Source: Salpingoeca rosetta (lineage: Eukaryota > Protista > Choanoflagellata). From it: DNA of 64,000 nt. Position numbers and translations under genes: made by a program. The first letter of the stretch is position 1, and each line of letters starts with the position of its first letter. The DNA lies in assembly GCA_033442325.1 (NCBI GenBank), contig JAWQFM010000002.1, forward strand, positions 395,841 through 459,840. Reading direction: 5' to 3'. This document shows, piece after piece, positions 49,862-64,000 of this stretch. The notes below the pieces were generated by a model. It saw nothing but the letters and a program-made list of their open reading frames with translations. It did no database searches and was not told where the DNA came from.

Positions 49862-51016
49862 ATGGGTGAGCGCAAGGTGCTGAACAAGTACTACCCGCCG
49901 GACTTTGATCCGGCGAAGCTGCCGCGCATGCGGTTGGGCAAGGACCGGCAGTTCAAGGTGCGGCTGATGGCGCCCTTCAACATGCGCTGCAAGACGTGCG
50001 GCCACTACATCTACAAGAGCACCAAGTTCCTGGCCATGAAGGAAACAGTGCAGGACGAAACATACCTGGGGCTGTACATCTTCCGCTTCTACATCAAGTG
50101 CCCAACATGTTGCGCAGAGATCACGTTCAAGACCGACCCAAAGAACTCCGACTACGTGTGCGAGCACGGCGCGACGCGAAACTTCGAAGCGTGGCGCATG
50201 GCTGACAAGCTCGGCACCATCGACGACGAGCTGGAGGAGGAAGAGGAGGAGAACAACCCCATGCGCGCGTTGGAGGAGCGCACAAAGGAGTCGCGGCGAG
50301 AGATGGACATCCTCGACGCGCTGGAGGACATCCGCGACCTGAATGCGCGGGCGGCGCAGGTGGACATTGACACGCTCGTCGCCTCGCGGCAGAAGGAGGA
50401 TGCGCATGAGCAGCTGACGACTGAGGAGCAGTTGCGGAAAGAGGAGGACGAGGCCATCGCCGCCGCGTTTTCCCGCGACAGGATCGTGCGGCGCCTGGAA
50501 GATGAGCCATCTGAGGAGCCCTCATTCTCTTCTTCGGCTACAAAGAACGCAAAGGCGAAGGCAAAGAAGAGCAAGAAGAACAAGGCGAGGACAACAGCAG
50601 CATCGCCATCGTCATCGTCGTCATCATCATTATTATCATCATCATCATCAGCGAAGCGGCGAGCAGCCGGAACGGCGTCGTTTGCAGAGACAGACACGGA
50701 CCCAACGACCAGTAGCACAGCCACGACAACAGATGGGGCCACCTCGACTGCCAGGAGCGGGCCATCCTCATCTGCATCGAGCAAGCGGCCCAAGATGGTG
50801 CGTGCGCAGGACAAGAAGATTGGCACGCTAGGTGGCGGGCCACTGGCGGGGCTGGTGCGTGCAAACAAGAAGCAGCCAGACACAAAACAGCCAGATGCAC
50901 AGCAGCAGCGGGCGTCACAGCAGGGCAGTGTGGGAAGGAAGAATGGCGGCGGTGGCCTGGGGTTGGTCGGTTACGGCTCCGATGACTCGGATGATTCAAG
51001 CGACGACAGTGACTGA
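49862..51016 (+). CDS. YJU2: Splicing factor YJU2/CCDC94, intronless
   Basis: [17 protein letters not shown]...[15 protein letters not shown]...[35 protein letters not shown]. Confidence 0.96.
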   Translation: MGERKVLNKYYPPDFDPAKLPRMRLGKDRQFKVRLMAPFNMRCKTCGHYIYKSTKFLAMKETVQDETYLGLYIFRFYIKCPTCCAEITFKTDPKNSDYVCEHGATRNFEAWRMADKLGTIDDELEEEEEENNPMRALEERTKESRREMDILDALEDIRDLNARAAQVDIDTLVASRQKEDAHEQLTTEEQLRKEEDEAIAAAFSRDRIVRRLEDEPSEEPSFSSSATKNAKAKAKKSKKNKARTTAASPSSSSSSSLLSSSSSAKRRAAGTASFAETDTDPTTSSTATTTDGATSTARSGPSSSASSKRPKMVRAQDKKIGTLGGGPLAGLVRANKKQPDTKQPDAQQQRASQQGSVGRKNGGGGLGLVGYGSDDSDDSSDDSD

Positions 51017-51098
<82 letters not shown>

Positions 51099-51350
51099 TG
51101 TGTTTGTGTTGGGAGAGAAGTTGAGTGAATGAGTTTTGCGTGTGTGTGCCCTGCTTTGTTGGACGCACGCTGTGCTGTTCCGTGTTGCCTGTGTGTCACA
51201 CATAAGTCATGCTTATTCATTGGTTTGATAAANNNNNNNNNNNNNNNNNNNNNNNNNNNNNNNNNNNNNNNNNNNNNNNNNNNNNNNNNNNNNNNNNNNN
51301 NNNNNNNNNNNNNNNNNNNNNNNNNNNNNNNNACACACACACACACACAC

Positions 51351-52937
51351 CTGTTTTGTGCCATTTCGAGGCCACTGACTGCGACGCCTCCTGCGTTCGC
51401 CGCCTTTGCGGGCCCAAACGCCACGCCGGCACTGTCACCAACACGCAATGTGATGAAAACGCAGCTTTAGCAGCGAAATATCCAACACACGTGCCTGCAA
51501 GCAACACGACACGACGAACACACACACACACACACACACACATGCACACACACATACAAATATATGCATGACTGTCGTACCTTTCAATACGCTTGACAGC
51601 TTGGCTTGTACACGGCATGTTTGCGCCTTCGACCAACGCAACGAGTCCGTTCTGCGCAGAGGTGGTGAAGCGACGCGTGAGACAAAGTCGTTGTGTACAC
51701 ACGATTGTGACACAAGGCAGACAAGGTGGGCAAGATGGACAGAGAGAGCAGGCGAGATCGGCAAGATAGGCAAGCCTCGATTGATCACACCCGGCAGCCA
51801 AGCAACGCGATGCAATGCGTGCCATGTCTTGGCTCACCTTCACGAGTGTCTGCGCATCTTCCTCTGTAACCTCGTTCTGCGTCGCACACGGCAATGCCAC
51901 GTCCGCCGCCACCTCCCACGGCTTCTTTCCCTTGAAAAACTTAATCTGGTAGACGCGGGCAAGCGAACTCGTAAGTGATGCAAGCATGGTGAATGACATC
52001 AACGAGCAAAGGGCCTTGGTAGCCGTTGGTGGCATCACACTGGAAACAGGACACTCATGCACCAAAGCACTTGAGCGTTGCAATAAAGACGAGAAACAAC
52101 AGCGTACAAGATCACCCCCCCACCCCTCCCCCCCCCCCACACACACACACACCACGACCTGGTCAAACTTGTCGGCCATCTCTGAAATACGGCCCCGTCG
52201 TCGCTGCTTGAGGTCGAAGAGCTGCAGTTGCGAGGGAAAGTCATGTCAAGAGAGTTTGGTCGCATGAGGTGAACAAGTAACACCGGAAGATCACGCCTGG
52301 GAATTGCAAACGTATCGCAAGCACGAGCACATGTGCATGTACACGCGTTTACGCACCTCCTGAAGCATCTCCTTTGTCATTCCCGATGGGACGTGAATGT
52401 ACCCCGAGCTGTCTGACATGGTGACAACTTTTGCGCCGCCTTGCAGCAGCTGATATGATGTGACATCAATGAAAAATTGCGTGACTTGCGTGAGTTGGTG
52501 AGTGTCAACGAGTCAAGGGGTAGGAGAGGGAAAGGACGAAAAGGCACGCGTGTGCATTCATGTGGCAGGATTTGCTCAGCGCAACCCAGAATACGCTGTT
52601 CCACCACATCGTTACACAAACACACACACACACAACCACAGCATACACAGGATTCACACCTTTTCGCAGCAATACTGCGCGACGTTACCGGAGCCGGAGA
52701 TGAGGCACGTTTTTCCCTCCAGCGACGTGTCGAGGTCAGCCATGACGTGGTCGGTGAAGTACACAACGCCATAGCCAGTGGCCTCTGATGTCATCCAAGC
52801 AACAAGCAAGGACAACCAGCGGACATGTCTCTGTTAGATCGAACGAACGCTTCTACAAGCAGGCAAGCAAGCAAGCATGCATGCAAGCACGCACGCAAGC
52901 AAGCAAGTGGGCGCATGTTGCCAAATCCACCCATCCA

Positions 52938-52984
<47 letters not shown>

Positions 52985-53257
52985 CACACACAACACACAC
53001 TCACCTGTGCGCAGGTAGCTGCCTCCCCATTTTGTGTTCTTCCCCGTCATTGTGCCCTCGAATTGGCGCTGCAAGTGGCGCAAGCACAAATGCACGAGCA
53101 CGAAAAGCGTGAACGGTGGGACGTCAGACAATGACACATGACTGCTTGTTTGTCCAACACCAGTGGGTAAGTGTACAGCTATGGCCAAACACCCACGCAC
53201 ACCCACGCACACCCACGCACACCCACACACCCACACACCCACACCCACACACACACA

Positions 53258-53316
<59 letters not shown>

Positions 53317-54116
53317 GTGTGACATACCGTGAGACGCTTGTACATGCCATACATGTATCCAATCTCGCGAGAGCCCACGCCAATGTCACCCTGCAAGCAT
53401 CAACGGCAGAAGCAAGCTTTAGAGGTGCGGCAATAAAACGCTGTAAACTTGTCGTGTAGGAAGACGCACATTGACGGGAAAGATGGCATCAAGGCATATG
53501 CGTAGACCCATCCACGTATTGACCCAAACACCCACGCATCCCCCTACAGCAGGAATGTCCTGGCTTGGTCCGATGTGGTGAAAGAGGGAGGTGATGAAGC
53601 TCTGGCAGAACCGAAGCACCTCGCCATCGCTCTTGTTCTTTGGGTCGAAATCCGAGCCGCCCTTACCGCCACCGAGCGGCAGCCCCGTCAAGGAGTTCTT
53701 GAAGATCTGAAGGCGGAGCACACAGGAATTGAGTGTGTGCGTGTGCGGTGTGAGAATGGGGTGTGTGTGTGTGCTCATACAAGAGGCACAAAGCCCATGA
53801 ACGCGACACGAACGCCTGCAAGATCCTATCACACAACACACACACACACACACACACACCTGCTCGAAACCAAGGAACTTGACAACGCTCAGGTTCACTG
53901 ATGGGTGGAAGCGAAGGCCACCTTTGAACGGGCCGAGCGCACTGGCCGCATGAGCAGTTGCATTGCCCATTGCACACACGCGCGCAACGTGAGAACACGA
54001 GAGAGGATGTCGCTCACAGCTCGAGGATTGCGGATGTACAGGGACAAATACACAGACACAGACCCATACACACAGACACAGACACACAGACACAGACACA
54101 CACACAGACACACACA

Positions 54117-54153
<37 letters not shown>

Positions 54154-54352
54154 CACCCTGTACCTGGAATACTGCACACGGAACCCGCGGTTGACTTGCT
54201 GGCGGCCGTTGTCGTCAATCCATGGCACGCGGAAGTAGTGCACCTGTTCCGGCTCGGCCAGCGTTTCCAGCACCTGATGAGGGCAGGGCACAAACACAAA
54301 ACTATCAGATGTGGTCTGCAACACCTCAGCATACCTGCATGTATGCAAGCAC

Positions 54353-54383
<31 letters not shown>

Positions 54384-55062
54384 CAGGGCGAAAGCTACTA
54401 GGCAACGCACGTCAATGTAGTATGGATGCTGGGTGAGGACGGGCTTGAGGCTCACGATGACTTCCTCGAGGGCTTGCAGGAACTCTTTCTCATGCGGATC
54501 TCGCGCTTTGACCCTAGTTGCATGAAGCAGCGCGTGTGCGTGAATGAGTGAGGTGGGTCGATGAGGGAGGTGGGTCGATGAGGGAGGTGGGTCGATGAGG
54601 GAGGTGGGTGGAACAACCCCAAGCGACCGAGATGGACACCACACAGCACAAACACACAACACAACCACACAACACACACACACACACACACAACACAGAC
54701 ACAACCACACAATACAACCACACACACACACACACACACAGACACACACACACAGACACACACACACACACACACACACACGCAACACGAACACACACAC
54801 ACGCACACACATACACACATGCACACACACACACACACACACACCTCTTGAGGAGGTCCTGGATGGCTTCGTCAATGTTGACCGACTTGGAGACACAGAA
54901 CCTGAGAAGGGACCAGCGGTTCGCACAAGCGGGCGTCAGCCAACATCAGGTCATCACACAGAGGTGCAAGACTGCACACCCTCGCTCGCACGCAAACACA
55001 ACAGCGGACCTGTGCGAAGGGTCGCACACCAGGTCGTCTGCGCTTGGTCCGTGCGAGCTCAT
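51351..55062 (-). CDS. gdhA: NADP-specific glutamate dehydrogenase (GdhA/GDH1 type); C-terminus lost in gap 51233-51332
   Basis: [11 protein letters not shown]; FRVPWIDD...[10 protein letters not shown]; [27 protein letters not shown]|[23 protein letters not shown]; DIPA|[11 protein letters not shown]; EATGYG; [10 protein letters not shown]; ALPCATQNE; VEGANMP; [18 protein letters not shown]. Confidence 0.95.
54550..54609. repeat. 17-bp tandem repeat (GAGGTGGGTCGATGAGG), about 3.5 copies, in a GDH intron
   Basis: Visible directly in the sequence. Confidence 0.85.
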
Positions 55063-55570
55063 ATCCGGCAGCAACAGGGAAGCAGGACCAACGGAAGGAA
55101 GAAGGAACAGCAAGCAGAGCTACTGTGCTGGGTTGCGGTCAAGCGTGAGTGCTGCAATGGATGTCGTGGTGAACGCATGCATGAATGCCTGAATGAATGC
55201 ATGCACGAACGCTGCGTGGGTAAAGTGGTTTGTCATCATTTCATTTCATCCGCAACTGTCACCGCCTTTTGTTTTGATTTTGTGGGCAAGAAGAATTGCG
55301 TCATGTTGGTGGTGGTGGTGATGGTTGGCTTTGGTGCTATTCGTGATCGTTCACAATCATCATCTCGTCCTTTCTTCCCTCGCCCCCTTCCCTTGTTGCG
55401 TTCTTCTTCGATTGGTCGGTTGTTCATGTCAGTTAGGCAGACAGACTATCAGCATGCATGCCATCATGTGACGCATGCTGATAAGCCCGACAGCCTCACA
55501 TGCATCACACACACACACACATCACACATGCATCACGCACACACACGGAGCATCAACCAGCATCGGGCTA

Positions 55571-57739
55571 TCATCTTGCACGCAAGACAAGGAGGGCGTC
55601 TCGCTTGTTGATGCGAATGAACGGCCACGAGGACGTCGTGGACACACGATCAAGGCCCTGCCAGCAGTAGTAGCAGCAGCAACGCAAATGCAGCGCAGAG
55701 CACACATGCACACGTGAGGATGGGTGTTCATGTGTCTGGTCAATACAACCCGCGACGCAGGCTTCACACCACCACAAAGCACCGCACCTGAATGGCGGCA
55801 ACGCGCTTGTGTGAAGCGGCGTATTGTGGCTCATCTGTCGCAGTCAACGACAAGCAGGCGTGTTGTGATGAGCAAGGAAGGACTTTTCATGGCAGAAGAT
55901 GACGACAGCAGAAAGCGACGCACTGGACACAGACACACACAGACGCAGACACAGACGCAGACACAGACACAGACACACAGACACACACACACACACACAC
56001 ACACACACATCACGCACCTTTTGGTTCTGCAATGAGCCAAGTAAAGTTGCGCCACGACAGGTCATCTGTCCATTCCTCTGCTTTGGAGTACCTGAAAGAC
56101 ACAGCCAGTCACATGCAACAATTACGTGCTGTCCACCCAGCGACAACACAACAAACGTGCTCGAAACGTGCATGCACTAGGTCAAGCCTACAATTGCGCG
56201 TGTGTATGCATTCACGTGTGCGTGCGTGCTTGGTACCTGAAGTGGGGGTTGGTTTCACCAAAGCGCGACACGCCCGTCTGCGCAGCCAAATTGCACACAT
56301 GCACGGACACGGGCGCCGTCGCGGATCCGCACGCATCATCGCAGTTGGCATGCAGCCACCGGAAGGCATGGCCTCCTGGCACGTGCGCGGGTGTGAGTGT
56401 GAGTGCGTGAAAGGGTGAAGGCGTGAAAGCGTGCGATTGAAGCGAGCATTCGAGGCGTTGATGCAAGTACATTGCAATCACAGAGCGTTAGATCAATGTC
56501 ACACGCCCAGACAGACAAACGGACACACTCGCAGACAGGCAGACAAATACACACACATGCACGCACCTGGGTAGTTCTCCCTGCTGACGGCTGTGAAAAG
56601 GGCTGTGCTGAGGATGCAGCCGACAAACACGCCGACAACAACAGCGCGAGCAGCAGCGCTGATTGCCCGCTGCACAGCACCGTGGCCACTCCTCACACGC
56701 CACCTTTGTCATGGTTAGATGAACACGAGCAAGGAAGCCAGGGCGGCGTGCAGGATGAACGGTTAGATGGATACACTCACAGACACAGGCACATGCACAT
56801 GGACGCACGCACATACACAGACACAGGCACATGTACGCACGTGTATGCACAGACAGACAAACGTGGGTAGAAACACGGACATGTACGGACAGCGGGCGTA
56901 CAAGTAGTCTGCGCCGGCGGCTGCGGCGATGGTCAGCATCGGAACTGCATAGAGGACAAATCGAAGCTCCTGCACACCAGCGAGCACGGACAGCAAGTGG
57001 TGACGTGTTCAGCGTGGATGCAACACTTGCCAATGTAACAACAACGGGGCAGCCGAAGAGCAAGCAACAACAAGCAACAACAGGCAACAACAACAATTAG
57101 AAGAAGAAGAACAGCCAACCAACAAACAAACACCACCACCACCAACAACAGCAACGACAGCAGCACCTTGTGTGGGAGGAAGGAGTACAGGAAGACAAAC
57201 GCGAGAACGGGAAGAAGATACCGTCTGTTCACATCATTCCATCGCAGTTATCATGTCACCACAAGGGAAATCGCATGAGCGAGCAACCATGACACGCCAA
57301 ACCCCACAGGGCAACTCCCGTGTCTTGCGTGGCATCAACTCCTACAAGCACCGCGATGCTGGCCAGAGCCGTTAAGTGTGTGCGTGTGTGAACTCACAGC
57401 AACTTGCGCTTGGCAAAGATACCCACAGGGACCAGCAGCAAACTGACACGAACAGTAGTACATACGCAGGTTGGAATTGCAAACGTGGTGAGCGAATACC
57501 AAGCTCGGCTTCATGCGCGCGCGCGTGTGTGTGTGTGTGCGTTTGGACTGATGGTAGACGTTCTTACAAGCAGGAAACACACACACACATACACACACAC
57601 ACACACACACTCTCTCTCTCTCTCTCTCTCTTTCTTTCTGTGCTGTACCTGGCGCTGAGACAGCGGGGGAGTGCGGAGTAGAAATACCACAGGAACGGCT
57701 CCGTCTACCACAGGACAACCATCAGATGAATAGGGAGAG

Positions 57740-57771
<32 letters not shown>

Positions 57772-58087
57772 TGTATGAATCGGTGGGTCGACACAAGCAT
57801 GCGTGTGCAATCATCAAAGCATCCGCGGTCTCGATCGGTACGCACGCCGTAGTTGCTGCTCTTGTTAAGGATGGTGTTGAACCAGAGCACCTCGCCCTCT
57901 GGCCACAGCAGCCGCTGCCAGAAGAATGAGTCCACGCCAACAGAGACGGCTGGGGTGTGGCGGATACAGGACGGGGGAGTTGCAGTTGCAGTTGGTGTGC
58001 AAACAGTTGCATAGGGAAGACGAGGACAATTGCGATGGAGGCAAGGGAGGTGGTGGGGTGGAGAACAAAGCGTGTACGGTGCCGCAT

Positions 58088-58168
<81 letters not shown>

Positions 58169-58633
58169 CCCACCTATGCTGAGCAAGCCAGCAGGAATGC
58201 CGGTGAGAAGGAGGCGAGAGAGCGAGATGTTGCGCTGTAGCATCTCCGACAGCAGCACCGGGCCAGCCAGGACAACAAGCTCTGTACCCATTGCGGCACA
58301 TATGGTGGTGGTGCCGGTGGTGGTCATTGTTGTTGTTGTGCATGCATGCGCATGTACGGCGGTGAGCGGGTCAAGTGCTTGCCATGCGTTGACGAATGCA
58401 AGGTGCGTAGATGCGTGGATGTACCTGCTCGAAAAACGGGGGCGGCGATGGCAAACATAACAACGGTTCGCTGCAGCTTTGACTCCAGCCAGTACGAAAA
58501 CGCCAGCAACACTGGGCAGGCACGGTTGTGTGGGGAGGGTGAGCGAGATGCAAAGCGCAAACGCAGCGGCAGGCAGAGGGGCAGGCAGAAGGAAAGGCAG
58601 AGGGACAGGCAGAGGGACAGGCAGAGAAAGACC

Positions 58634-58708
<75 letters not shown>

Positions 58709-59909
58709 ACACAGACACACACAGACACACACAGACACACACACACACACACGCAAACACGCAAACACACACACACACACAGACACAGAAACACACAGCC
58801 GTCGGACCTAGGGCCAAAGCAAAGGTGTTGGGGAGGGTGCGTGACATGTAGAAGACAAGGTGGAACTGCACAGCGGTCAGAGCTGCCATGAATGTCGCAA
58901 TCTGGGGCGAGAAGCGGGTCTGAACAGCACGATACAGCCGCCACAGCGCCAGGCAGTTGAATGCCGCCAAGCTAGCTCTTGCTGATCCGTGCGTGCGTGT
59001 GTGTATGCCATGTGTGAGTACAAGCATTCGGTTAGTGAGACATGGGCTCAGCGTGAAGTGGAAGAGAGCGGCAGTGCTCCGCCATGGGCGGTGTGGGACA
59101 GACAGTTGCGACAAGTATGTGATGGCTGTGAAACCAGCAGACATACCGATGACAAGCCCTAGCTCCTTGGAGGCGTGCGGCGACAGGGCTTCGTGCGCCA
59201 TTGTCAGCAGGCTGGTGGGCAGCGCGACCATCAAGCTGCCAAGGAACGTTCGCGGCACGACGCCAGGAAAGTCCAGATGGTCATACTGACAATCGTTGGA
59301 CGCAGAGGAAGAGGGGGGGGGGGGACAGAACGGTGTGTGCATGTGCATGAATGTACGTGTGTGAGCCAGTGAGTCCGTAAGTGTGTGCATGAGTGCGTGC
59401 GTGCTTAAGGAAGGCGAGGAGCGCAGGGGGGGGGGAAGAAGTCGTATTGCATGGCGATGCGTACGTGGCTGATGTTCTCTCTGTGGTGGACGAGATCATG
59501 GATGGCTTGCAAGTTGAAGCTCTCCTCCACCTGCGCGTGTTGGAGCGGACAGCGCACGCGTGAGTGTGAGGGGTGCGTGCGTGCGTTTGTGGGTGGGTCG
59601 GTGTCTTGGTGTAGGGGGGTCTCTTGGTGTCTCACTCACTCACTTTCATAGGCGCACAGACACACACAGACACACACAGACACAGACACAGACACACACA
59701 GACACAGACTCAGACACACACAGACACACACGCACACACACAGACACACGCAGACACACAGACACACAGACACACACACACACACACAGACACACACACA
59801 CACACAGAGCCTTGCCTTGCCATACCTTGGTAAAGGGAACTAGAACGACCGAGACAAGGCAGGCAGCCCACACCAGCCACATTGCCAGTGAACCACTCAT
59901 CATCGTCAT
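55571..59909 (-). CDS. ALG12: Dol-P-Man alpha-1,6-mannosyltransferase ALG12
   Basis: PFTK|[12 protein letters not shown]; [16 protein letters not shown]; [18 protein letters not shown]; [30 protein letters not shown]; LYSFLPHK|ELRFV; NYPG; [11 protein letters not shown]. Confidence 0.94.
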
Positions 59910-59963
59910 TCTCTCGCGCGCAAGAAGAAGAGAAGAAGAAGAAGAAGAATCAGCAACGAAGAG

Positions 59964-60220
59964 ATGGCGATGAGGGGTGGGTGGCGTGTGGCTGCGCGGC
60001 GTTGGCGTGAGGTGACGGCTGCAACAGGGGTGGCGCGACAGAACAGGGTTCCTCAGTGCCGTGGCCACGCACGTGTCTGCAGTCGTGAGTACAGCAAGCA
60101 AGCCCGGCCGCTGGTGCTAGGCATCGAGAGCACCTTTGATGACACGGGCGTGTGCATTCTGGACAGCACTGGCCACGTGCTTGGAGAGTCGCTGCTCTCC
60201 CAACGCGAGCACCACGTCAA
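59964..60220 (+). CDS. OSGEPL1: First exon of mitochondrial t6A threonylcarbamoyltransferase (OSGEPL1/Qri7/TsaD-like); remainder in gap
   Basis: Arg-rich leader followed by [36 protein letters not shown]|gtgag. Confidence 0.82.
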
Positions 60221-60227
60221 GTGAGCG

Positions 60228-60310
<83 letters not shown>

Positions 60311-60418
60311 NNNNNNNNNNNNNNNNNNNNNNNNNNNNNNNNNNNNNNNNNNNNNNNNNNNNNNNNNNNNNNNNNNNNNNNNNNNNNNNNNNNNNNNNNN
60401 NNNNNNNNNNCAAACACC

Positions 60419-60479
<61 letters not shown>

Positions 60480-60546
60480 GCACGCACACGCACACACACA
60501 CACACGCACGCACGCACACGCACACACACACACGCACACGGCATAC

Positions 60547-61429
60547 CATTTCGTTGAGGCAGACGACCATTGAGCCGAGGACGGAGAGTTCGCAGAGGTA
60601 GAGTTTCGGCTCGCGGCTCGCCCAAGTCAGCGCAGCCTGTGAATGGCATGAGAGACAGAGGGAGCAACGAGGGGAACCGTCACTGGTGTGCAGGGCGGAG
60701 CAAAGGAGGAAACCGATGCAAGAATGCCAGAACTCTACACAATACAGCACGCGAACACACATACACACACAAGCACACACATACACACAAAACACACGTG
60801 CATACACACACACAGGGCACCTGGAAGCACTGCCCAAGAACGGCCATTGCGCCAGAGTCGTGGCCCTTTGCAAGCTGCTGCATGAGCTGGTCGTGTGCTG
60901 GCGGGGCGCTCGCCTCCCAGATGCGGCCCATTGCATCCCACGCCTCAAGCACCTCCGCGTGCGACTCAAGCTCCCCGTTTGAATTTCGCGGCGCACTCTC
61001 CAGCGCGGCGGGCGTGTTGTCCACCAGATTGCTCAGGTTTGTTGCAAGCAGGTTCACCATCTGCCCAGTGGCAAAAAAGGGGCGGGGTAGGGGAGGGACG
61101 AACGATGTGGGATGGAATCGTGTGCATGCGTGCGTGTGGTTGTGTGAACGTGCTTGTGTGTTTGAACATGCGAAGAGAGCAGACGAACGTTTATCACAAC
61201 AACCACGACCACAATCAGAATCGCAAGGCAGAACAACGCAACGTACGGCTGTGGGAAAGTGTGTGCTGATGAGGCTGAGGATGGTGAGGGCCTGGCTGCG
61301 GTACACGGAGAAGAAGCTGTTCCACTCCTCCAAATCGCTGAAGTCCTGCTCGCTGAACACAGCTGCAAAAGGTGTGTCGCGTCGTGGGTGAGAGTGCAAG
61401 AGAGGAACACGCGGCAAGCTGTGTGTGCG

Positions 61430-61460
<31 letters not shown>

Positions 61461-63123
61461 ATACAACACACGAAGACAAGGAGCACCACCACACGGCCAC
61501 TGCTCGTCTGGGTTGCTTGTGATGCTTGTGATGGTTGTGGTCATGATGATGATGATGATGACGACGATGACGTACCGGACTCGCCGAAGAAGCCGACCTC
61601 GGGATTGCCGCGCCGCACCATCCTGAATCGAAGGGAGAGGAGCGGCGATGCAGGGGGCGATGATGAAGGGGGGATGAATGCACAAGCAATATTGCACCGC
61701 ACACCACAATTGAAGCACAGACACGCGCGCAGAGACAACCACACAGAACCACCACCACCACCAGCAGCAGCATTATGCCGCTGGTACGCACTTGTCGCAG
61801 AGGACTTCGGCGAGCGGGAGCTGGAGGCGCTTCATGACGTCGGTCTGCTTGAGTACGTCGTTCCGTAGCATGGTTGCCCAGCACACGAACGTCAGCGACG
61901 ACACCACCGCGCTGCCGACGGGACAGTGGAACGAGGAAGAAGGGATGAAGGAGGGAGAAGGGAGGAGGTGCAGGAAGGAGGGAGAGATAAAGGAGGAAGG
62001 AGATGCATGTGGCGTAAAGGGGGGGGGTATGAGCACACGTACAGAAAGCGGAAGCAGCCATAATACATACACGCACAGCACAACGCAGCACACGACAGCA
62101 CGAGGCAACCCAAACATAACATTCATGCGTGAGACCTTGGGTGGAGGGTGAATTCGTAAAGGACGCGGACGTAGTCGTCAAAGTTCTTTGGGGGTTCGCG
62201 CTTGATGGACCCGGGCCCGCACAGACTGCACAGCTGGTTTGTCCCCAGCACCGTGATCACCTGAACGTGCGTGAGTGCGGGGTGTGGGTGTGTAATTGAG
62301 TGGGCACTTTGCAAGTGACTTTGTGTGTATGTGCGTGTGTGTATGTATGTGCGTGTGCGTGTGTGCGATTCCCGCCAAACGGGAGTCAGTCAAGGGCGCG
62401 CTCAACAGACCTGTGCTAGGCGCTTGACGAACGTGTACACGTCCTCGTTGTCCATGCTCGACTGCGTCAGCGCCTCCACTGCAAATCCAACAACACATCC
62501 CCGCACGTGAGGTGCACACCGCCAAAGGCGCATGGTCTCAGACACACATAAGCAAACCAAGCGGAGCAACACACCAAACGACACAACACCAAAAGACACA
62601 ACACCAAGCGACATGTGCGTGTGCGTGTGGGCGACCTGAGGCGACAATGGGCCCGAGGTGCTGGAGAATATCAAGCAGCGGGGCGCGCTCGTCACGGGGG
62701 CCCTTCCGCTCGACAATGAGGAGGAGGCAGTCTGCTGCAGCCTGGCGGTGGGGCTCCACGCTCAGCAGCTCGCACAGCATCAGCAGGAGGTTGTTCTTGT
62801 ACAGCGCCTTGAGCGGCACCCAGTCCACAAACGCAGCGAGCGTCTTCAGCAGCATGCGCACCACCATATCTGGTGCATTGGCGCAGCGGGAGGGGGGTGT
62901 TAGGCTGGGGGGGGGGACGATGTGCAAGAAGGAACATATTCACAAGTGGAACGCATGCAAACACGGGCACGCATGTGCACAACCTGCACGCCAACGCAGC
63001 TCAAGTGCAAGAATACAAACACAACACAACGCAACATACAACAACGCGCGTGCAGACACACACAAATACGCGCACACGCACACACGCACACACGCACACG
63101 CGCACGCACACACACACACGCAC

Positions 63124-63198
<75 letters not shown>

Positions 63199-63323
63199 GA
63201 GCACGCACAGTATTCCTGGCGCTGTGCTTCGTCGGCGTTGTCTGTTTCCTGGGGGATGCAGGTGACGAGCAGGTTGGAGAAGAAGGGCAGCAGCGACGGC
63301 AGGCACGCGCTCAGGCCTTGCAC
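60547..63323 (-). CDS. XPO5: Exportin-5 (internal exons only; both ends in gaps)
   Basis: LKTLAAFVDWVPL...LCELL...AAADCLLLIVERKG; YTFVKRLAQ|VITVLG; PPKNFDDYV...FTLHP; QDFSDLEEWNSFFSVYRSQ resemble XPO5/Msn5 segments. Confidence 0.8.
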
Positions 63324-63420
63324 CTGGTTGTTGGAGGGAGGCGGGAAGAACGCAGAAGATGGGGAGGAGGGGAATGCGAGGGAGTGAGAGGGTGAGCTGA
63401 ACGAGACAGGCACGTGAAGC

Positions 63421-63524
<104 letters not shown>

Positions 63525-63624
63525 NNNNNNNNNNNNNNNNNNNNNNNNNNNNNNNNNNNNNNNNNNNNNNNNNNNNNNNNNNNNNNNNNNNNNNNNNNNN
63601 NNNNNNNNNNNNNNNNNNNNNNNN

Positions 63625-63838
63625 ATGCGTCGCCGCCAGTGCCGTCCCCGCGCACCAGGGAGAGGCGGTGGCGGTTGCGGATGGAGACGGCCGCGATGAC
63701 CTGGCCCGCATTGCGCGTTGTGAAGATGGACCAGCGCTGTTCCACGCTGCGCGCAAGCACGAAGCTGCACGCACCGGGAAAATCGGCATTGAGCCCGTCC
63801 ACGGTGAGGAGGTAGCGCGAGTTGAGCAGCCTGCACGT
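63625..63838 (-). CDS. von Willebrand factor type D (VWD) domain fragment on a small contig between gaps
   Basis: TCRLLNSRYLLTVDGLNADFPGACSFVLARS resembles the VWD start consensus C...HYxTFDGxxYxFxGxCxYVLA. Confidence 0.6.
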
Positions 63839-64000
63839 NNNNNNNNNNNNNNNNNNNNNNNNNNNNNNNNNNNNNNNNNNNNNNNNNNNNNNNNNNNNNN
63901 NNNNNNNNNNNNNNNNNNNNNNNNNNNNNNNNNNNNNNNNNNNNNNNNNNNNNNNNNNNNNNNNNNNNNNNNNNNNNNNNNGGCAGAGCTCAATGTACGG

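Overview
Eukaryotic, gene-dense, intron-rich genomic scaffold with (CA)n/(GT)n-filled introns and six N-gaps. The style (microsatellite introns, the 'NNTCGDxVxL' LRR cap, holozoan-like gene set) suggests a choanoflagellate such as Salpingoeca rosetta; this is an inference. Most ORF-track entries are microsatellite or antisense artefacts. Genes rebuilt by eye from exons and GT-AG junctions, in order: a TIR-(SAM-like)-LRR-ROC-COR (Roco) gene with one LRR per 84-nt exon (minus, runs off the left edge), tRNA-Ala(AGC), RBMX2/Snu17, RPA1, an intronless WD40-TRP channel, a stand-alone zf-PARP protein, DNA ligase III, S1P lyase, PNPO, RanBP9/10, a large WDR87/97-like WD40 gene, a Q-rich MYND protein, YJU2, NADP-GDH, ALG12, the first exon of OSGEPL1, part of exportin-5 and a VWD fragment. 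Best leads: (1) the TIR-Roco receptor with duplicated, phase-compatible LRR exon cassettes that vary mainly on the predicted binding face; (2) two compositionally foreign 280-480 bp segments inside introns; (3) GT-at-donor / CA-at-acceptor intron polarity; (4) a shared RFX-like motif upstream of the TRP and WD40 genes; (5) LIG3 with a candidate mitochondrial leader and a PBZ finger, next to a duplicated nick-sensor finger; (6) a head-to-head PLP producer/consumer pair.
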